From Prevotella sp. (lineage in GTDB: Bacteria > Bacteroidota > Bacteroidia > Bacteroidales > Bacteroidaceae), in assembly GCA_017428055.1 (NCBI GenBank), contig JAFRRN010000002.1, positions 9,803-73,802 of the forward strand: 64,000 nucleotides of DNA. Reading direction: 5' to 3'. The notes beneath the pieces were generated by a model. It ran no database searches and was not told where the DNA came from. It was given only the letters and a program-made list of their open reading frames with translations. Made by a program: the position numbers and the translations under genes. This document shows positions 43,530 through 55,000 of this stretch, one piece after another. How positions within the stretch are numbered: the stretch's first letter is position 1; every line of letters starts with the position of its first letter.

Positions 43530-46500
43530 ATGAAGAGATGTATTATTTTGTTCGTGACGGCGATGGCATTCATCACCGTACACGCAGGGCCTGTGGATAA
43601 GCAAAAGGCATTTCAGGAGGCAGTGAAGTTTGTCCAAGGAGTCAACCCAACGATTCATTTTACCGAAAACCAAGTGCGCAAGATAGCCGGGAAATCAGCC
43701 GAAACAGCAGATACAGTCCAACCCTATTACGTTTTCAATGCAGATGAGGACAAAGGGTTTGTCATCGTTTCGGGCGATGACCGCACGGAACCCATCATAG
43801 GATATGCCGAGGAAGGGTCGTTTGATGCCGACAACATTCCAGGGGGATTGCAATTCCTGCTTGACTGCTTTGCCGAGGAGACACAATCAATGGAGTCGGA
43901 AGAGACGGCATCCAATACCGCGAGGAAGGTTGTAGCCCTCCCCCGTCGTACAGTGACGCCATTCAACCCGCGAAGATGGTACCAAAGTGGGCCATACAAC
44001 AACTTCTGTCCCAAGGACGGGGACAAGCGTTGCTCCACGGGTTGCCTTGCCACCGCCGTGGCGATTACCATCGGTTGCTTCAATTGGCCCGCGCAGACCA
44101 CGGCCATCCCTGCGTACACCACATCCACCAGGGGCTTCAAGATGCCTGAGTTGCCCCCGCTGACCATCGACTGGGAGCACATGCTTGACAGGTATGATGG
44201 CACCTATACCATGGAGGAGGCAAACGCCATTGCCAACTTCATGCTATACGTGGCACAAGGCATCAAGTCAGACTTCACGAAAGATGCCGTCAACGCATAC
44301 ATCTCGGCAGCCCTCAATGCCTACGTCAACTACTTCGACTTCGATCCGGGGATACGCCACATCAGTGCCGACGACTACGACACGGTAAACGACTTCATCG
44401 ACATCGTCTATGGCGAGATCTCACAGGGAAGGCCCGTCATGCTGGACGGCTTCTCCCTTGGCACACCCACGTCAAGCGCAGCCGGACATGCTTTCATCTG
44501 CGACGGCTACGAGCAAAACGACATGTTCCATATCGACTGGGGATGGACGGGATATTGCAATGGCTACTTCCGGCTGACGGTGCTTAACCCCTACAAGACC
44601 ACCCGCAACCGTAACTACACCAATAAACTCGGTGCGACCGTTGGCATCCAGCCCAATGGATGGAAGAGCAACGATGAGTTCTCATACGAGAAAGAGGACA
44701 TGGCATTGCAGCTCCTCAGCATCACACCAAGCGGTGACAATATCCGCGTGGCGTTGCAGAACGCCTACAACGAGAAGCTGGACTTCGACAACGCACTGGC
44801 TCTTTACGACGACAGCCTACAGTTCGTGCAGTTCATCTCATCGACAGACACGACCACCTTTAACCGTAACGGGTGGAATTACAAGACCTATTCCTCCATC
44901 TCATTTGAAGGTGTTGCCGATGGCACCTATAAAGTCATTCCCATGAGCCGCGTCAACGGACAAGAAGAATGGCACTTCGACCGATGCCTGGGCACTTATG
45001 CCTATTTGGAAGCCAACGTGGCGGGCGGGCAAGCCACTTACAAGGCGGTGGAAACCATCGTGGTGAACTCGTTTGAGGTGTTGGAGTCTGACCGCGGGAA
45101 CGGCATCGGTGCACCACAGACCGCTCGCCTCAATATCACCAACAATTCGTTTGACAAATTCGACAAGCACTATTATCTTGTCGCCAATAAGTCGCTAAAC
45201 ATGATCAATGGCCTGAGAATCCCCATGAACTCCACCGTGGACATCGACTTTGAGTTTGTGCCATACGTCGCGGGCGAGTATAAACTGGAAATTTGCAAGG
45301 ACTCCAACGGCGACTTCCCCATTGCCACCACCATGACAACGGCAAGCGACAATATCCATTATGGCGACGAAAGCAACAGCTTTAGGATGATTAAAGCCAC
45401 CATCCTCAACGACAACACGGAGGATAACGACGGCACCATAGGGTATGTCTACACAGATAAATACAAGGCGACGGTCAGTTTGACCAATGCCGATACGGTA
45501 AACACGTTCAACGACTATGTGCGCTTCTCCCTCTCACTGAGCAAGTCCACCGTGTCGGCCTGGGAGTCAACGGAACTCGTCCATGTCAGGCTCGCCCCCG
45601 GGGAGACCAAGACATTCACTTTCGAGTCTACGGAGATGTCGAAGAACAACAAGGACTACACTTTCAGGGTCATGACAAAATGGTATTCTTACGCCTCGAT
45701 GGATAACGTCGTGGACTGGTCGAAGCCCGGCACATACCAAATCACATACACGCCATACACCATAGCGCGCGCCCAGGGCTATCGCTATTGGACCGCTGGC
45801 GGCATGGCACACGGCCATGCGGCGGTGGCAGCCCCGTCGTTTGTGACGCCTGAGGATGTGGTTGCCATCAGCTTCGACACGCCCGACAGGGAATTATGGC
45901 CATTGGCATTCACCCCCAACAGCAACCCCAACACCCTCTATTATTTCAACGGAGAGAGCGACTACCCCAGCTTGGGGAATGTCATCAACGCGGGGAAAGC
46001 CAAGCGCATCAGCTTGACAGACGGCTTCCCCACCTTCGTTCCCGAATCGTTCATGGCAGACAGCGTGACCTACACCCGCACTTTCCGTCGGGGGTGCGAC
46101 GGGTTGGAAAACAAGTACAACTGGTCAACCATCATCCTGCCCTTTGACGTGCAGAGGGTTTCCATCCTCCCCGACAGCATTGATGTTGACTGGTTCCACA
46201 ATGCGGACGAGCTGGGGAAGGACTTCTGGCTATGCAGTTACCACGGGAAGGAGAACTACACGCTCCTCTTTGACTATTCTGATGAGTTCCTGGCAAACAC
46301 GCCTTATATCATCACCGTCTCCGATGAGAGAATTGATGGTCCCGGACTCGTGGGTAAGCCTATCGCGTTTAGTGCCACAGATGCGGAAGTCAAGGCAGGA
46401 ACGCTATTCATCGACACGAATGACTTTGACGTCGAAGGCAACTATTCGGGTGGAACAGTCACGGGCAGCCACCTCTACGTGATGGACGAGGAGGACTACG

Positions 46501-46772
46501 AGAAAGACTTTACCTATGTAGGCGATACGGTCACGGCAGTCCCGTTCCGCGCATACATCACTTCGGAGGTTTCCCCGAATGACAACAACAAGCAGCTTTT
46601 CATCAAGCTGCTGCATGAGAACCCGGAGATGACAGGGATTCAGCATGTGACGGAAATCCCATCCCCATCAAATAACGATGTATATGACATGATGGGAAGG
46701 AAAATGATTGGTAATTACATGCTCAATAAAGGTATATTTATCATCAATAAAAAGAAATACGTCGTTAAATAA
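43530..46772 (+). CDS. C10 (streptopain/SpeB-like) cysteine peptidase with Ig-like repeats, shared C-terminal domain and T9SS CTD
   Basis: Signal MKRCIILFVTAMAFITVHAG. Propeptide-like PYYVFNADEDKGFVIVSGDDRTEPIIGY. Catalytic Cys region RCSTGCLATAVAITIG and His region GHAFICDGYEQNDMFHIDWGWTGYCNGYF. C-terminus VYDMMGRKMIGNYMLNKGIFIINKKKYVVK. Confidence 0.9.
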   Translation: MKRCIILFVTAMAFITVHAGPVDKQKAFQEAVKFVQGVNPTIHFTENQVRKIAGKSAETADTVQPYYVFNADEDKGFVIVSGDDRTEPIIGYAEEGSFDADNIPGGLQFLLDCFAEETQSMESEETASNTARKVVALPRRTVTPFNPRRWYQSGPYNNFCPKDGDKRCSTGCLATAVAITIGCFNWPAQTTAIPAYTTSTRGFKMPELPPLTIDWEHMLDRYDGTYTMEEANAIANFMLYVAQGIKSDFTKDAVNAYISAALNAYVNYFDFDPGIRHISADDYDTVNDFIDIVYGEISQGRPVMLDGFSLGTPTSSAAGHAFICDGYEQNDMFHIDWGWTGYCNGYFRLTVLNPYKTTRNRNYTNKLGATVGIQPNGWKSNDEFSYEKEDMALQLLSITPSGDNIRVALQNAYNEKLDFDNALALYDDSLQFVQFISSTDTTTFNRNGWNYKTYSSISFEGVADGTYKVIPMSRVNGQEEWHFDRCLGTYAYLEANVAGGQATYKAVETIVVNSFEVLESDRGNGIGAPQTARLNITNNSFDKFDKHYYLVANKSLNMINGLRIPMNSTVDIDFEFVPYVAGEYKLEICKDSNGDFPIATTMTTASDNIHYGDESNSFRMIKATILNDNTEDNDGTIGYVYTDKYKATVSLTNADTVNTFNDYVRFSLSLSKSTVSAWESTELVHVRLAPGETKTFTFESTEMSKNNKDYTFRVMTKWYSYASMDNVVDWSKPGTYQITYTPYTIARAQGYRYWTAGGMAHGHAAVAAPSFVTPEDVVAISFDTPDRELWPLAFTPNSNPNTLYYFNGESDYPSLGNVINAGKAKRISLTDGFPTFVPESFMADSVTYTRTFRRGCDGLENKYNWSTIILPFDVQRVSILPDSIDVDWFHNADELGKDFWLCSYHGKENYTLLFDYSDEFLANTPYIITVSDERIDGPGLVGKPIAFSATDAEVKAGTLFIDTNDFDVEGNYSGGTVTGSHLYVMDEEDYEKDFTYVGDTVTAVPFRAYITSEVSPNDNNKQLFIKLLHENPEMTGIQHVTEIPSPSNNDVYDMMGRKMIGNYMLNKGIFIINKKKYVVK

Positions 46773-46783
46773 CAACGTTTTCC

Positions 46784-47764
46784 ATGCCTATCATTTCTAT
46801 TGTCATACCCGTTTATAATGTAGAAAAGTTATTGAGAAAATGTCTTGACAGCATATTGTCTCAAACTTTTACGGATTATGAATTGATTATCGTTGATGAT
46901 GGAAGTACAGACCAATCAGGTAAGATTTGTGACGAATATAAAGAAAAAGACCAACGAATTGTTAGCGTAATCCATCAAGAAAATCAAGGGTCAAGTGCTG
47001 CAAGAAACGCTGGATTGTCTTTAGCTAAAGGTAAATATTTGTCTTTTATTGATGCTGACGACTGGGTTGAGCCACAGTATCTTCAATCCATGTTAGATTG
47101 CGCTGAAAGGGAACATGCGGATTTGGTCATTTCATCCTTTATCAGGGAAAGCACTGACTATCCCGCTCTATACAATCGGAACGAGCCAAAAGACCTTAGT
47201 AAGAGAGCTGTCGTTTTAGGCTACTTTACCAATCTACACGCTGGATTGTGGAACAAGCTGGTCTTGCGTGAATTATTCGTCAAAAATGGAATTGCCTTCC
47301 CTCAGTATAATTACTATGAGGACATGGTGGTTTCCACAAAGATTACCATTGCCGCATCAAATATTGTCTACAGTGATACCCCGTTGTACCATTATGTGGT
47401 ACATGACTCGTCCATGACCCAATTACAAAACGCCGAGAAGCGACTTTCTTTATTTACTGAATGCTTAAACAACATCATGGGCATTCAGGAAATACCTTTC
47501 GTCAAATCTGACAAAGCCCTGTTAAGGGCATCGATGAATATAGTGAATTTTAATAAGAAGAAAATAATTAAGAATGTCTCTGATGAGCGAGTCATCCGTA
47601 GTGTCTTGGGGCAGTGCCGTGAGTCAATCACATTTAGTAATATTAGAAGCATCTCGGACTTATTGCTATATATCGCATCAAGGTTTACCATTTACAAACC
47701 CCTGAAATACTATTTAAAGAATCCGATTACACCTAAACTTTTTAATTATATAAAGCATACATAA
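46784..47764 (+). CDS. GT2-family glycosyltransferase
   Basis: ISIVIPVYNVEKLLRKCLDSILSQTFTDYELIIVDDGSTDQS...FIDADDW are GT-A fold motifs. 11-nt gap after the C10 peptidase gene. AT-rich. Confidence 0.9.
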   Translation: MPIISIVIPVYNVEKLLRKCLDSILSQTFTDYELIIVDDGSTDQSGKICDEYKEKDQRIVSVIHQENQGSSAARNAGLSLAKGKYLSFIDADDWVEPQYLQSMLDCAEREHADLVISSFIRESTDYPALYNRNEPKDLSKRAVVLGYFTNLHAGLWNKLVLRELFVKNGIAFPQYNYYEDMVVSTKITIAASNIVYSDTPLYHYVVHDSSMTQLQNAEKRLSLFTECLNNIMGIQEIPFVKSDKALLRASMNIVNFNKKKIIKNVSDERVIRSVLGQCRESITFSNIRSISDLLLYIASRFTIYKPLKYYLKNPITPKLFNYIKHT

Positions 47765-48688
47765 CAATATTCTCCTTTTCCAACTTGCCAAGGGACAATA
47801 CTGCCGACAGAATATGGGAACGGCATCCGTTGACAATCCTGCGAGGAGTTGGCAAAATTTCACCTTGTCACGTTTCCACATTTTCCTCATTATTGGAATG
47901 AGTGGGTACGGCTCATCCTCAATTAAATAATGGTGGGAACAAGCGAGATTAAAACATCTGATGCCAATTTCTGCACGTAAGACATGTTCGTCCATGTCCT
48001 CGCAGAACTTGCTTGTCAATGACCCCTCCTTTTCACATAATACATATAGGACACGGTCGTCTATATGAAGACTTTCTGCCAAACAACCTGATGATACCGA
48101 GAAGAAAAAGTCATTTGACCAACGTGTTTCATCGAACCTAAAACGATGGTTCTCGACAAATGACCTCTTGATCATCTTGGCAAAGGGAAATGGATAATAT
48201 GTGCGCGCAAAAACTTCCTTTTGAGGGTGATGATGCAATTGAACCCTGTAGTTTTGGTCACGATTTGACGTAATGGAGGGATTGTCAGACATCACGCTCT
48301 TATAATCAAAAAAGACAATATCGTCTTGCGCGTCAACGAAAGAATCTATCATGGACTCAAAGCCATCCACGAAAAAATCATCCGCATCTGCAAACAGTAG
48401 CCATTTTCCCTTGGCGTGGGCAAGCCCAACATTACGTGCCCTTCCCGCGCTTCCGCCCTTTTCCGTAGAATAGAATTCCAGGAAGGGACGAGACAACAAA
48501 GGATATTTTTCCAAGTATGTATCCGCATCTGGACTACAGTCATCTATTACAATCACTTGTATATCTTCCCGTATAGGAATGGAATTTAAACACCTCATCA
48601 AAAGAAGAGGGGTGTTATAATGGGGGATAATTACTGAAAAAGTGAAAGGATGTGCCATACTTCCAGAAGAGAAGGAATAAGAAGTCAA
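47714..48688 (-). CDS. GT2-family glycosyltransferase
   Basis: FSVIIPHYNTPLLLMRCLNSIPIREDIQVIVIDDCSPD...GSAGRARNVGLAHAKGKWLLFADADDFF. The start overlaps the stop of the upstream CotH-like gene by 4 nt. Confidence 0.85.
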   Translation of the reverse strand: MTSYSFSSGSMAHPFTFSVIIPHYNTPLLLMRCLNSIPIREDIQVIVIDDCSPDADTYLEKYPLLSRPFLEFYSTEKGGSAGRARNVGLAHAKGKWLLFADADDFFVDGFESMIDSFVDAQDDIVFFDYKSVMSDNPSITSNRDQNYRVQLHHHPQKEVFARTYYPFPFAKMIKRSFVENHRFRFDETRWSNDFFFSVSSGCLAESLHIDDRVLYVLCEKEGSLTSKFCEDMDEHVLRAEIGIRCFNLACSHHYLIEDEPYPLIPIMRKMWKRDKVKFCQLLAGLSTDAVPIFCRQYCPLASWKRRILLCMLYIIKKFRCNRIL

Positions 48689-51600
48689 TTGTTAGCAGAC
48701 AATATCATGCTGTTTATCATGATGACATCCGTGATGTTGATAAAGCCATCACAATTCACGTCTGCGACTTTCATGTTCAACAAATTGGTCTTGGATTGTA
48801 AGATGCAATTGAGAAGACAAACGCCATCGGTGATGTTGACAATCCCGTCTTCGTTGACATCCCCTATCAAATATTGGTTGACATCATAGCTTGACAATTG
48901 GTTTGTCTTGCCGATGGTGGGAACATCCATCAAATAGATGTTTTTCCCTCCATCAGGGTATCTGCCAACAGTGGAGTTTCCATCATGTACACAGTACTGC
49001 AAAGTATCAGACCAACTCCTGTCTGCTGCCGTGAGAGAGATAATGCCTCCGTCGCCATCTATCTTGAAAGAAGCATGAAGACCTTGGTCTGTTGTTGCCA
49101 GTTTGTCACACCACACGATGAGGTGGCCATGGGCGGGTATCACGGTGACAGCCATTGTCCCTTCCTTGGAAATCTTATACTTCGTGGGAACGCTTATGTT
49201 GTCAGAGAGATACATTCCTTCTACATCGATGGGACTGTTGGTCGAATTATATAATTCCACCCAGTCATTCTTCTTGTAATACTCGTTGACATAAATGGAA
49301 TTGTTTCCGCTTACTTCGTTTATCATGACGGGCTTGGTGGATGACATGGCCATTTCGGCATTTGACAACTCCTCATAGCAAGCGGTGAGGTGGCAGTTGG
49401 TGTCAGGCAAGGTAATCTCTGTTTCCGTGGAATAGTAGACGGCAGACTCATCGTCCAAAGTGCCAATCAGTCGTGCATCCCAATAGATATCGCTCGATGA
49501 AGCACTTGAATTATGCACCTCAACGGCGATGACATTGCTACCTTTGTGGAAAAGGGAGCTTGGCAACACAATGACAGTGTTGTCGGGATTGTCGTGGGCA
49601 TAGGATTTTGAATAAGTGCTATACGCCACAGTTCCTGTTGTCATGAGATAACGCCCGGCTTCCGTGCCGTTGACATAGACGATGAATCCATCATCCGCCT
49701 TGCAATCCAAGACAAAAAGGGAATGGTCGTCGGGCTCTTTGTCTATCTGAAAGGACTTCCTGAAATAATAAGTCGGTATTTTGCTGCTGGCATTACTGCC
49801 GTATGAAATGGTGGTGCCAATACTACTGAACCCATAGCCCAATGGTGTCTTCCCCGTACTCCAGCTACTGCTGTTGTACGAAGAGGAAGTCCAACTCTTT
49901 CCATCTAATGAGCCTTTGTCGTAATATGACCAAGAGTCGCCAAAGCTGAAGATGACACGTTCTTTTGCCATGCCATCCTTCCAACCCACGAACTTATATC
50001 CTGCGGGACAAACGGCTGAAACCGTGACAGAAGGGAAAAGGCGGCCATTGAATTGGCCTGTTGGGATCTTCTGTTCATTCAACATGATGTCCGCTCCTTG
50101 GATATTGCTTCCTAAAACCGCGTGGTAAGAGGCTGTGTTTGTAAGACCCATAGGGGAGAAACTTTTCAGATAATATGTCATCAAGGGCATTCGGTTAGCA
50201 AAGGCCTCTTTCATCTCTTCCGCAGTCTTGTCGGGTGACTTCCCTTCGAGACTTAACGCAGGTCTTGTGATGGCGGTGATGGAATCAATGATGGCGTTGC
50301 ATCGCTCTGGGAGAAACACGCTACCTCCCATGATGCAATAGGTATCGATAAATCTTTTCCTAAACTCATCATTGTTGAGGAGGTTGCTGAAGATGGAAAT
50401 AAACTTCTGCTCAACACCACTTATCACTTGCCTGCTCATCATTTTGTTAAAGACATCATCGATACTGAAAGCCAAGTCTACATCATAGGAAATGATGCGG
50501 AACTTTCCATTTTGGCTGTGCCTAAAACCTTTCAAGTTGTTCAAAGGCCAGTCGTTAACGCCTAAATACAGTTCCTCAGCCATGTAGTTGGCATATTCGT
50601 CAACATCCAAGATATTCTTGATTTCCTTATAGGTGTCAGGGTCTGCGGCATCAGAGGACAATGAATACAACTGCTCAAACTTGTCTGGTGTGCCACATTG
50701 CTGGAGGTATGTGGAACTCCCTATCTCAAACTGGTCAATCTCATCATCATCCCATCCATAATTCGCGTAAACATAATGTTTGTTGTTGGGCTCGCGGATG
50801 TTAAGCATCCCAATATATTGCCCATTGATAAACTCATGGCAGGGCTGGGCACTTTGGCAATCGATGTCTATGCCCGAAGACATGACCATGGTATGTATGG
50901 CCATGTCTTTCAGCCTGCAATTCACGTCATTTCCTCCGTTCCGTACTTGTAAGGTGCGATTGCGGATATATGGTTTTGAGGAAAAGAAAGGATATGGCAA
51001 ATTCTTGTTGCCTCCCAATTCCTTGCTCCCTTTCAGCTTCAACGACCGTGGTGTCCAAGCCCTGCTGTAGCCTCCTGCAATTTTCAAGTTGACATCCTGG
51101 TTTAACACCATGTCGTTATCGATGATGTAAGAGAAATTGCCAGGGCGTTCCCAATCCATGTTCCAATTGCAGGGAGTGGTCTGTCCATTGCCAGCCACAC
51201 CATTTACGCCTTTCACATAAATTCCAATCGAGTCATCATAAAGAAAAACCGGGTCAACAACGATGGAGACAATAGGAAGCGTATAGTCCTTGTCGTTGTA
51301 AAGGTATGAGCGGGTTATAGTCCTGGAAGCTAAGTAGTTGTCCGAAAAGAGGCGAAATCGTAGAACGGTGGACTTGGTTAAAGAGAATTTTCCACTTGCC
51401 GCGGTCTTGCCATTTGTCAACGTGGGTAGTGTCCCGTCTGTAGTGTAGCGCAAAACCGTGCCGGAGGGGATGCCAACGTTGATGTATAGTGTACCCGTGA
51501 ACAATTGTGACGGTTGGTCTACAATAGGCGAGGGAAGTTGGCTGTTTGCATAGGTTGCCAACGAATTGGCCTTTCCGGGTGTTGGGGTAGAAGTGTAATT

Positions 51601-52080
51601 CCATACGCTCCCTCCGTCTGTTGTTCTTGCATAACTGGCTCTTTCTATACCCTCTGGGTATGTTTGGCTGGCAATCAATTGTCCATTTGCATCACTAATA
51701 TATACCGTTCCACCATCAACATCAAGTTTGAATGGTACACTATTGGAGCTCAACATGTCTTCATCAAACCAAACCAGTAAATACCCATGAGCGGGGATTT
51801 TTCCCATGGATGACGGGGCTTGCCAAAGTTTCAAGTTCTGGATGTCGTTACTGAAAAATAAGCCGCCAACATCTATGGCACTACTTGTTGGATTATATAA
51901 TTCTATCCATCCGTCAAAGTTCCAAGAAGGACTTATCCACTCATCAACATTAGACACCATCACTTCATTGATGACAATATCTGAGGACGTACTATTTTCA
52001 TTGGCATGGCAATCCATTGCCCTCAATAGTAAAAAGAAGAGATATACGAAAACCGTATATTTAATAAACTTATCATTCAT
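48685..52080 (-). CDS. CotH-like kinase-fold protein with two lamin-tail domains and C-terminal dockerin
   Basis: LTD motifs VINEVMVSNVDEWISP...GWIELYNPTSSAIDVGGLFFSND and MINEVSGNNSIYVNEYYKKNDWVELYNSTNSPIDVEGMYLSDN. CotH core NLKIAGGYSRAWTPRSLKLKGSKELGG...LQVRNGGND...EFINGQYIGMLNIREP. C-terminus GDVNEDGIVNITDGVCLLNCIL...ADVNCDGFINITDVIMINSMILSANN. Confidence 0.88.
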   Translation of the reverse strand: MNDKFIKYTVFVYLFFLLLRAMDCHANENSTSSDIVINEVMVSNVDEWISPSWNFDGWIELYNPTSSAIDVGGLFFSNDIQNLKLWQAPSSMGKIPAHGYLLVWFDEDMLSSNSVPFKLDVDGGTVYISDANGQLIASQTYPEGIERASYARTTDGGSVWNYTSTPTPGKANSLATYANSQLPSPIVDQPSQLFTGTLYINVGIPSGTVLRYTTDGTLPTLTNGKTAASGKFSLTKSTVLRFRLFSDNYLASRTITRSYLYNDKDYTLPIVSIVVDPVFLYDDSIGIYVKGVNGVAGNGQTTPCNWNMDWERPGNFSYIIDNDMVLNQDVNLKIAGGYSRAWTPRSLKLKGSKELGGNKNLPYPFFSSKPYIRNRTLQVRNGGNDVNCRLKDMAIHTMVMSSGIDIDCQSAQPCHEFINGQYIGMLNIREPNNKHYVYANYGWDDDEIDQFEIGSSTYLQQCGTPDKFEQLYSLSSDAADPDTYKEIKNILDVDEYANYMAEELYLGVNDWPLNNLKGFRHSQNGKFRIISYDVDLAFSIDDVFNKMMSRQVISGVEQKFISIFSNLLNNDEFRKRFIDTYCIMGGSVFLPERCNAIIDSITAITRPALSLEGKSPDKTAEEMKEAFANRMPLMTYYLKSFSPMGLTNTASYHAVLGSNIQGADIMLNEQKIPTGQFNGRLFPSVTVSAVCPAGYKFVGWKDGMAKERVIFSFGDSWSYYDKGSLDGKSWTSSSYNSSSWSTGKTPLGYGFSSIGTTISYGSNASSKIPTYYFRKSFQIDKEPDDHSLFVLDCKADDGFIVYVNGTEAGRYLMTTGTVAYSTYSKSYAHDNPDNTVIVLPSSLFHKGSNVIAVEVHNSSASSSDIYWDARLIGTLDDESAVYYSTETEITLPDTNCHLTACYEELSNAEMAMSSTKPVMINEVSGNNSIYVNEYYKKNDWVELYNSTNSPIDVEGMYLSDNISVPTKYKISKEGTMAVTVIPAHGHLIVWCDKLATTDQGLHASFKIDGDGGIISLTAADRSWSDTLQYCVHDGNSTVGRYPDGGKNIYLMDVPTIGKTNQLSSYDVNQYLIGDVNEDGIVNITDGVCLLNCILQSKTNLLNMKVADVNCDGFINITDVIMINSMILSANN

Positions 52081-52089
52081 ATAATATGA

Positions 52090-55000
52090 TTACTTCATAA
52101 ATTTGCAGACAACTCGCTCGTTGTTACTATCTGTCGCTACCGCCACATAAAAACCAGAAGGTAATCCTGAAACGTCTATCAAGGAAACGCCACGATGGAT
52201 ATTCGTAGATACAGACATCATGTTTTGCCCATCTACCGTATAGACTAACACACGGGCAAAGTCGGTGTCTTCATCCTTTAAGATGAGTGTCCCGTCGCCA
52301 TATCTGATACGGAAGCCATTGGATGATGCGATGGTTGCCTTGTGTATGTCAAGGGTCTCTTGGTCAGTCTTTTGAGAATAAGATGTCATGAGGTTGCGCT
52401 TTTCAATGGTAGGCATACTGAACGCATACACCTCATTCCCTCCGTCTGGGTATCGCCCGACAGTGGTGTTCCCATCATGAGTACCATAATATAAGGTATC
52501 AACCCAACTGTTGTCTGCGGCAACGAGTGCAACAAGTCCTCCATCACCATCAATCTTAAAGGAGGCGTGGATGGCAGAGTTGGTTGTTTCCAACTTATCA
52601 CACCACACAAGCAGGTATCCATGCGGAGCAATCTTGGTGTTGGCACTTGTGTGCCCTTTCGTGATTTGGTATTTGGTGGGTTTGTCGAGATTGTCCGTCA
52701 AATACATCCCTTCCACATCAATCACCTCATCGGTGGTGTTATACAGTTCCACCCAATCACTTTTCTTCCCATACTCATTGACATACACGGAATTGCTGCC
52801 ACTCACCTCATTGATACGGACAGGGCTGATATTATCGTCGGTACGTTCAGATGGCGTCATGGGTTTATATGAGGCGGTAAGCCGGAAATTACCACTTGGC
52901 ATGTCTATTTCCGCATCCGTAGAATAATAATCCACATCCTGCTGAGATACCGTCCCCGTTAATTGCGCATCCCAATAAATATCGGATGAAGAGGCACTGC
53001 AATTATGCACTTCCGCCGCAATGACATTTTCGCCTTTTCTCAATAAGCTTGCGGGGATGGATATGGAACCCTCAAAAGGCACATCATCAGCATACGTCGA
53101 TGAATAGGTGTTGAAAGAGACCGTTCCCGAAGGCATGTTGTATCTCCCCACCTCCGTGCCATTCACGTAGAACACGAAACCATCGTCAACGGCATAGTTG
53201 AATGTAAAGCTTGCATTGCTGGCAGGTTTCTCTTGGAGCGTGAAAGTCTTTCGGTAATATGACGTGGGATATTTATTGCGTGAGTCATTACCGTATGAGA
53301 TGGTGGTTGCCACGTCTAACTTAAAACCAAGCGGTGCCCTCCCACTACTCCAATTAGTGGTGGGGTAATCGACGGAATACCATTGTTGACCGTCAAGTGA
53401 GCCCTTGTCATAATAATACCAACTCTCACCCTTGTCGAACACCACACTTTGATGAGCCGTTCCCGACAGCCAACCTTGGAAGGTGTATCCAGCAGGGGCA
53501 ACGGCTTTCAACTTCACTGGCGCAAAGAGGTTTCCCTTGAATGACCCCGTTGGGATGTCGATGCCATTTATCTCAATCCGCGCACCATCTGCATCACTAC
53601 CCAGTTGGGCTGATTGTGCCGATGTCTGCGACAAGTCAAACGCATAATAATTCCTCAAGGCATTGATCATGGTGTTATTCCTACCGCTCAAATTGTTCTT
53701 CAAGTTATTCCCCATGCTTGTCACATTGCCCGAGCGTCCCTCCAAAGCCATCGCTGGGGAGCATATCGCCACCAACGAGTCAATCACCTCATTGCAACGA
53801 CTCGGCTCGAAGACGCTTCCGCCTATGATGCAAAAGGTATCAATAAACTTCTTCTTAAACTCATTGTTTTGTAACAGTTGACGGAACAACCTCACCAACG
53901 TGTTGTCCGTGGTGATACGTGTATTGCTGGGATAGAGTAAGTCAAACGTATAGTTGTATTCCATCCCAAAGAACCATGAGAACATTCCACTGCCATTGGA
54001 GAAAGACCCATCGAGGTCGAACAAGACAAAGCGGTACTTCCCACCATCACGGTAACGGAATGCTTTCACGTTGTTGCGAATCCAGTCTGAACCACCCAGA
54101 TAGAATCCCACCGCCATGTATGCCGCATACTCGTCTATATCCAGCAATTGCTTTATCTCCTCGTACGTCTCGGTATTGGCGGCATCGGCTGATAATTGTA
54201 ACAAATATTGATAAGACTCATCCGTACCACACTTCTGCACATAGAAAGAGTCTGGGGATATTTCAAATAGGTCAATCTCGTCATCGTCCCATCCATAGTT
54301 GGCATAGACAAAATGCTTGTTGTTCGGCTCGCGGACATTCAACATGCCCACATAATCACCATTGATAAACTCATGGGCGGGACGGAAACTTTGTCCATCA
54401 ATGTCGATACCCGAGGTAAGGACGATGCTTTGTAGAGCGCCATCTTTCAGTCGGTCATTGTTATTGTTGCCCCCATTCCTTATCTGTAAGGTGCGGTTGC
54501 GGATGTAAGGCTTGTTTGCAAAGAATGGATAATCCAAGTTCTTACTGCCCCCCAATTCCTTATTTCCCTTGAGCTTGAATGAATGGGGAGTCCACGCACG
54601 ACTCCATCCGCCACACATCTCAAGGTTGACATCTTGGTTGAGAACCATCTCGCCATCGGGCATGATATATGAGAAATTGACGGGACGCTCCCAATCCATG
54701 TTCCAGTTGCACTTGGAAGATTGCCCGTTGCCGGGCCTTCCATTCACGCCTCTCACATACACACCTATCGAGTCATCGTAAAGGAAGTCAGGGTCGGTTA
54801 TCACCGACACGACAGGCAACATGTAATCCTGATAACGATAGATATAAGAGCGCGATGTCACGGGTGACGGTAAATAGTCATCTGCGAACAAGCGGAAACG
54901 ATAACATGTGGTATATGGCACATCAAATTGTCCCGTACTCGATGTCTCGCCATTGGTCAACGTAGGCAACGTGCCATCAGTGGTATAGCGCAAGGTGCAT

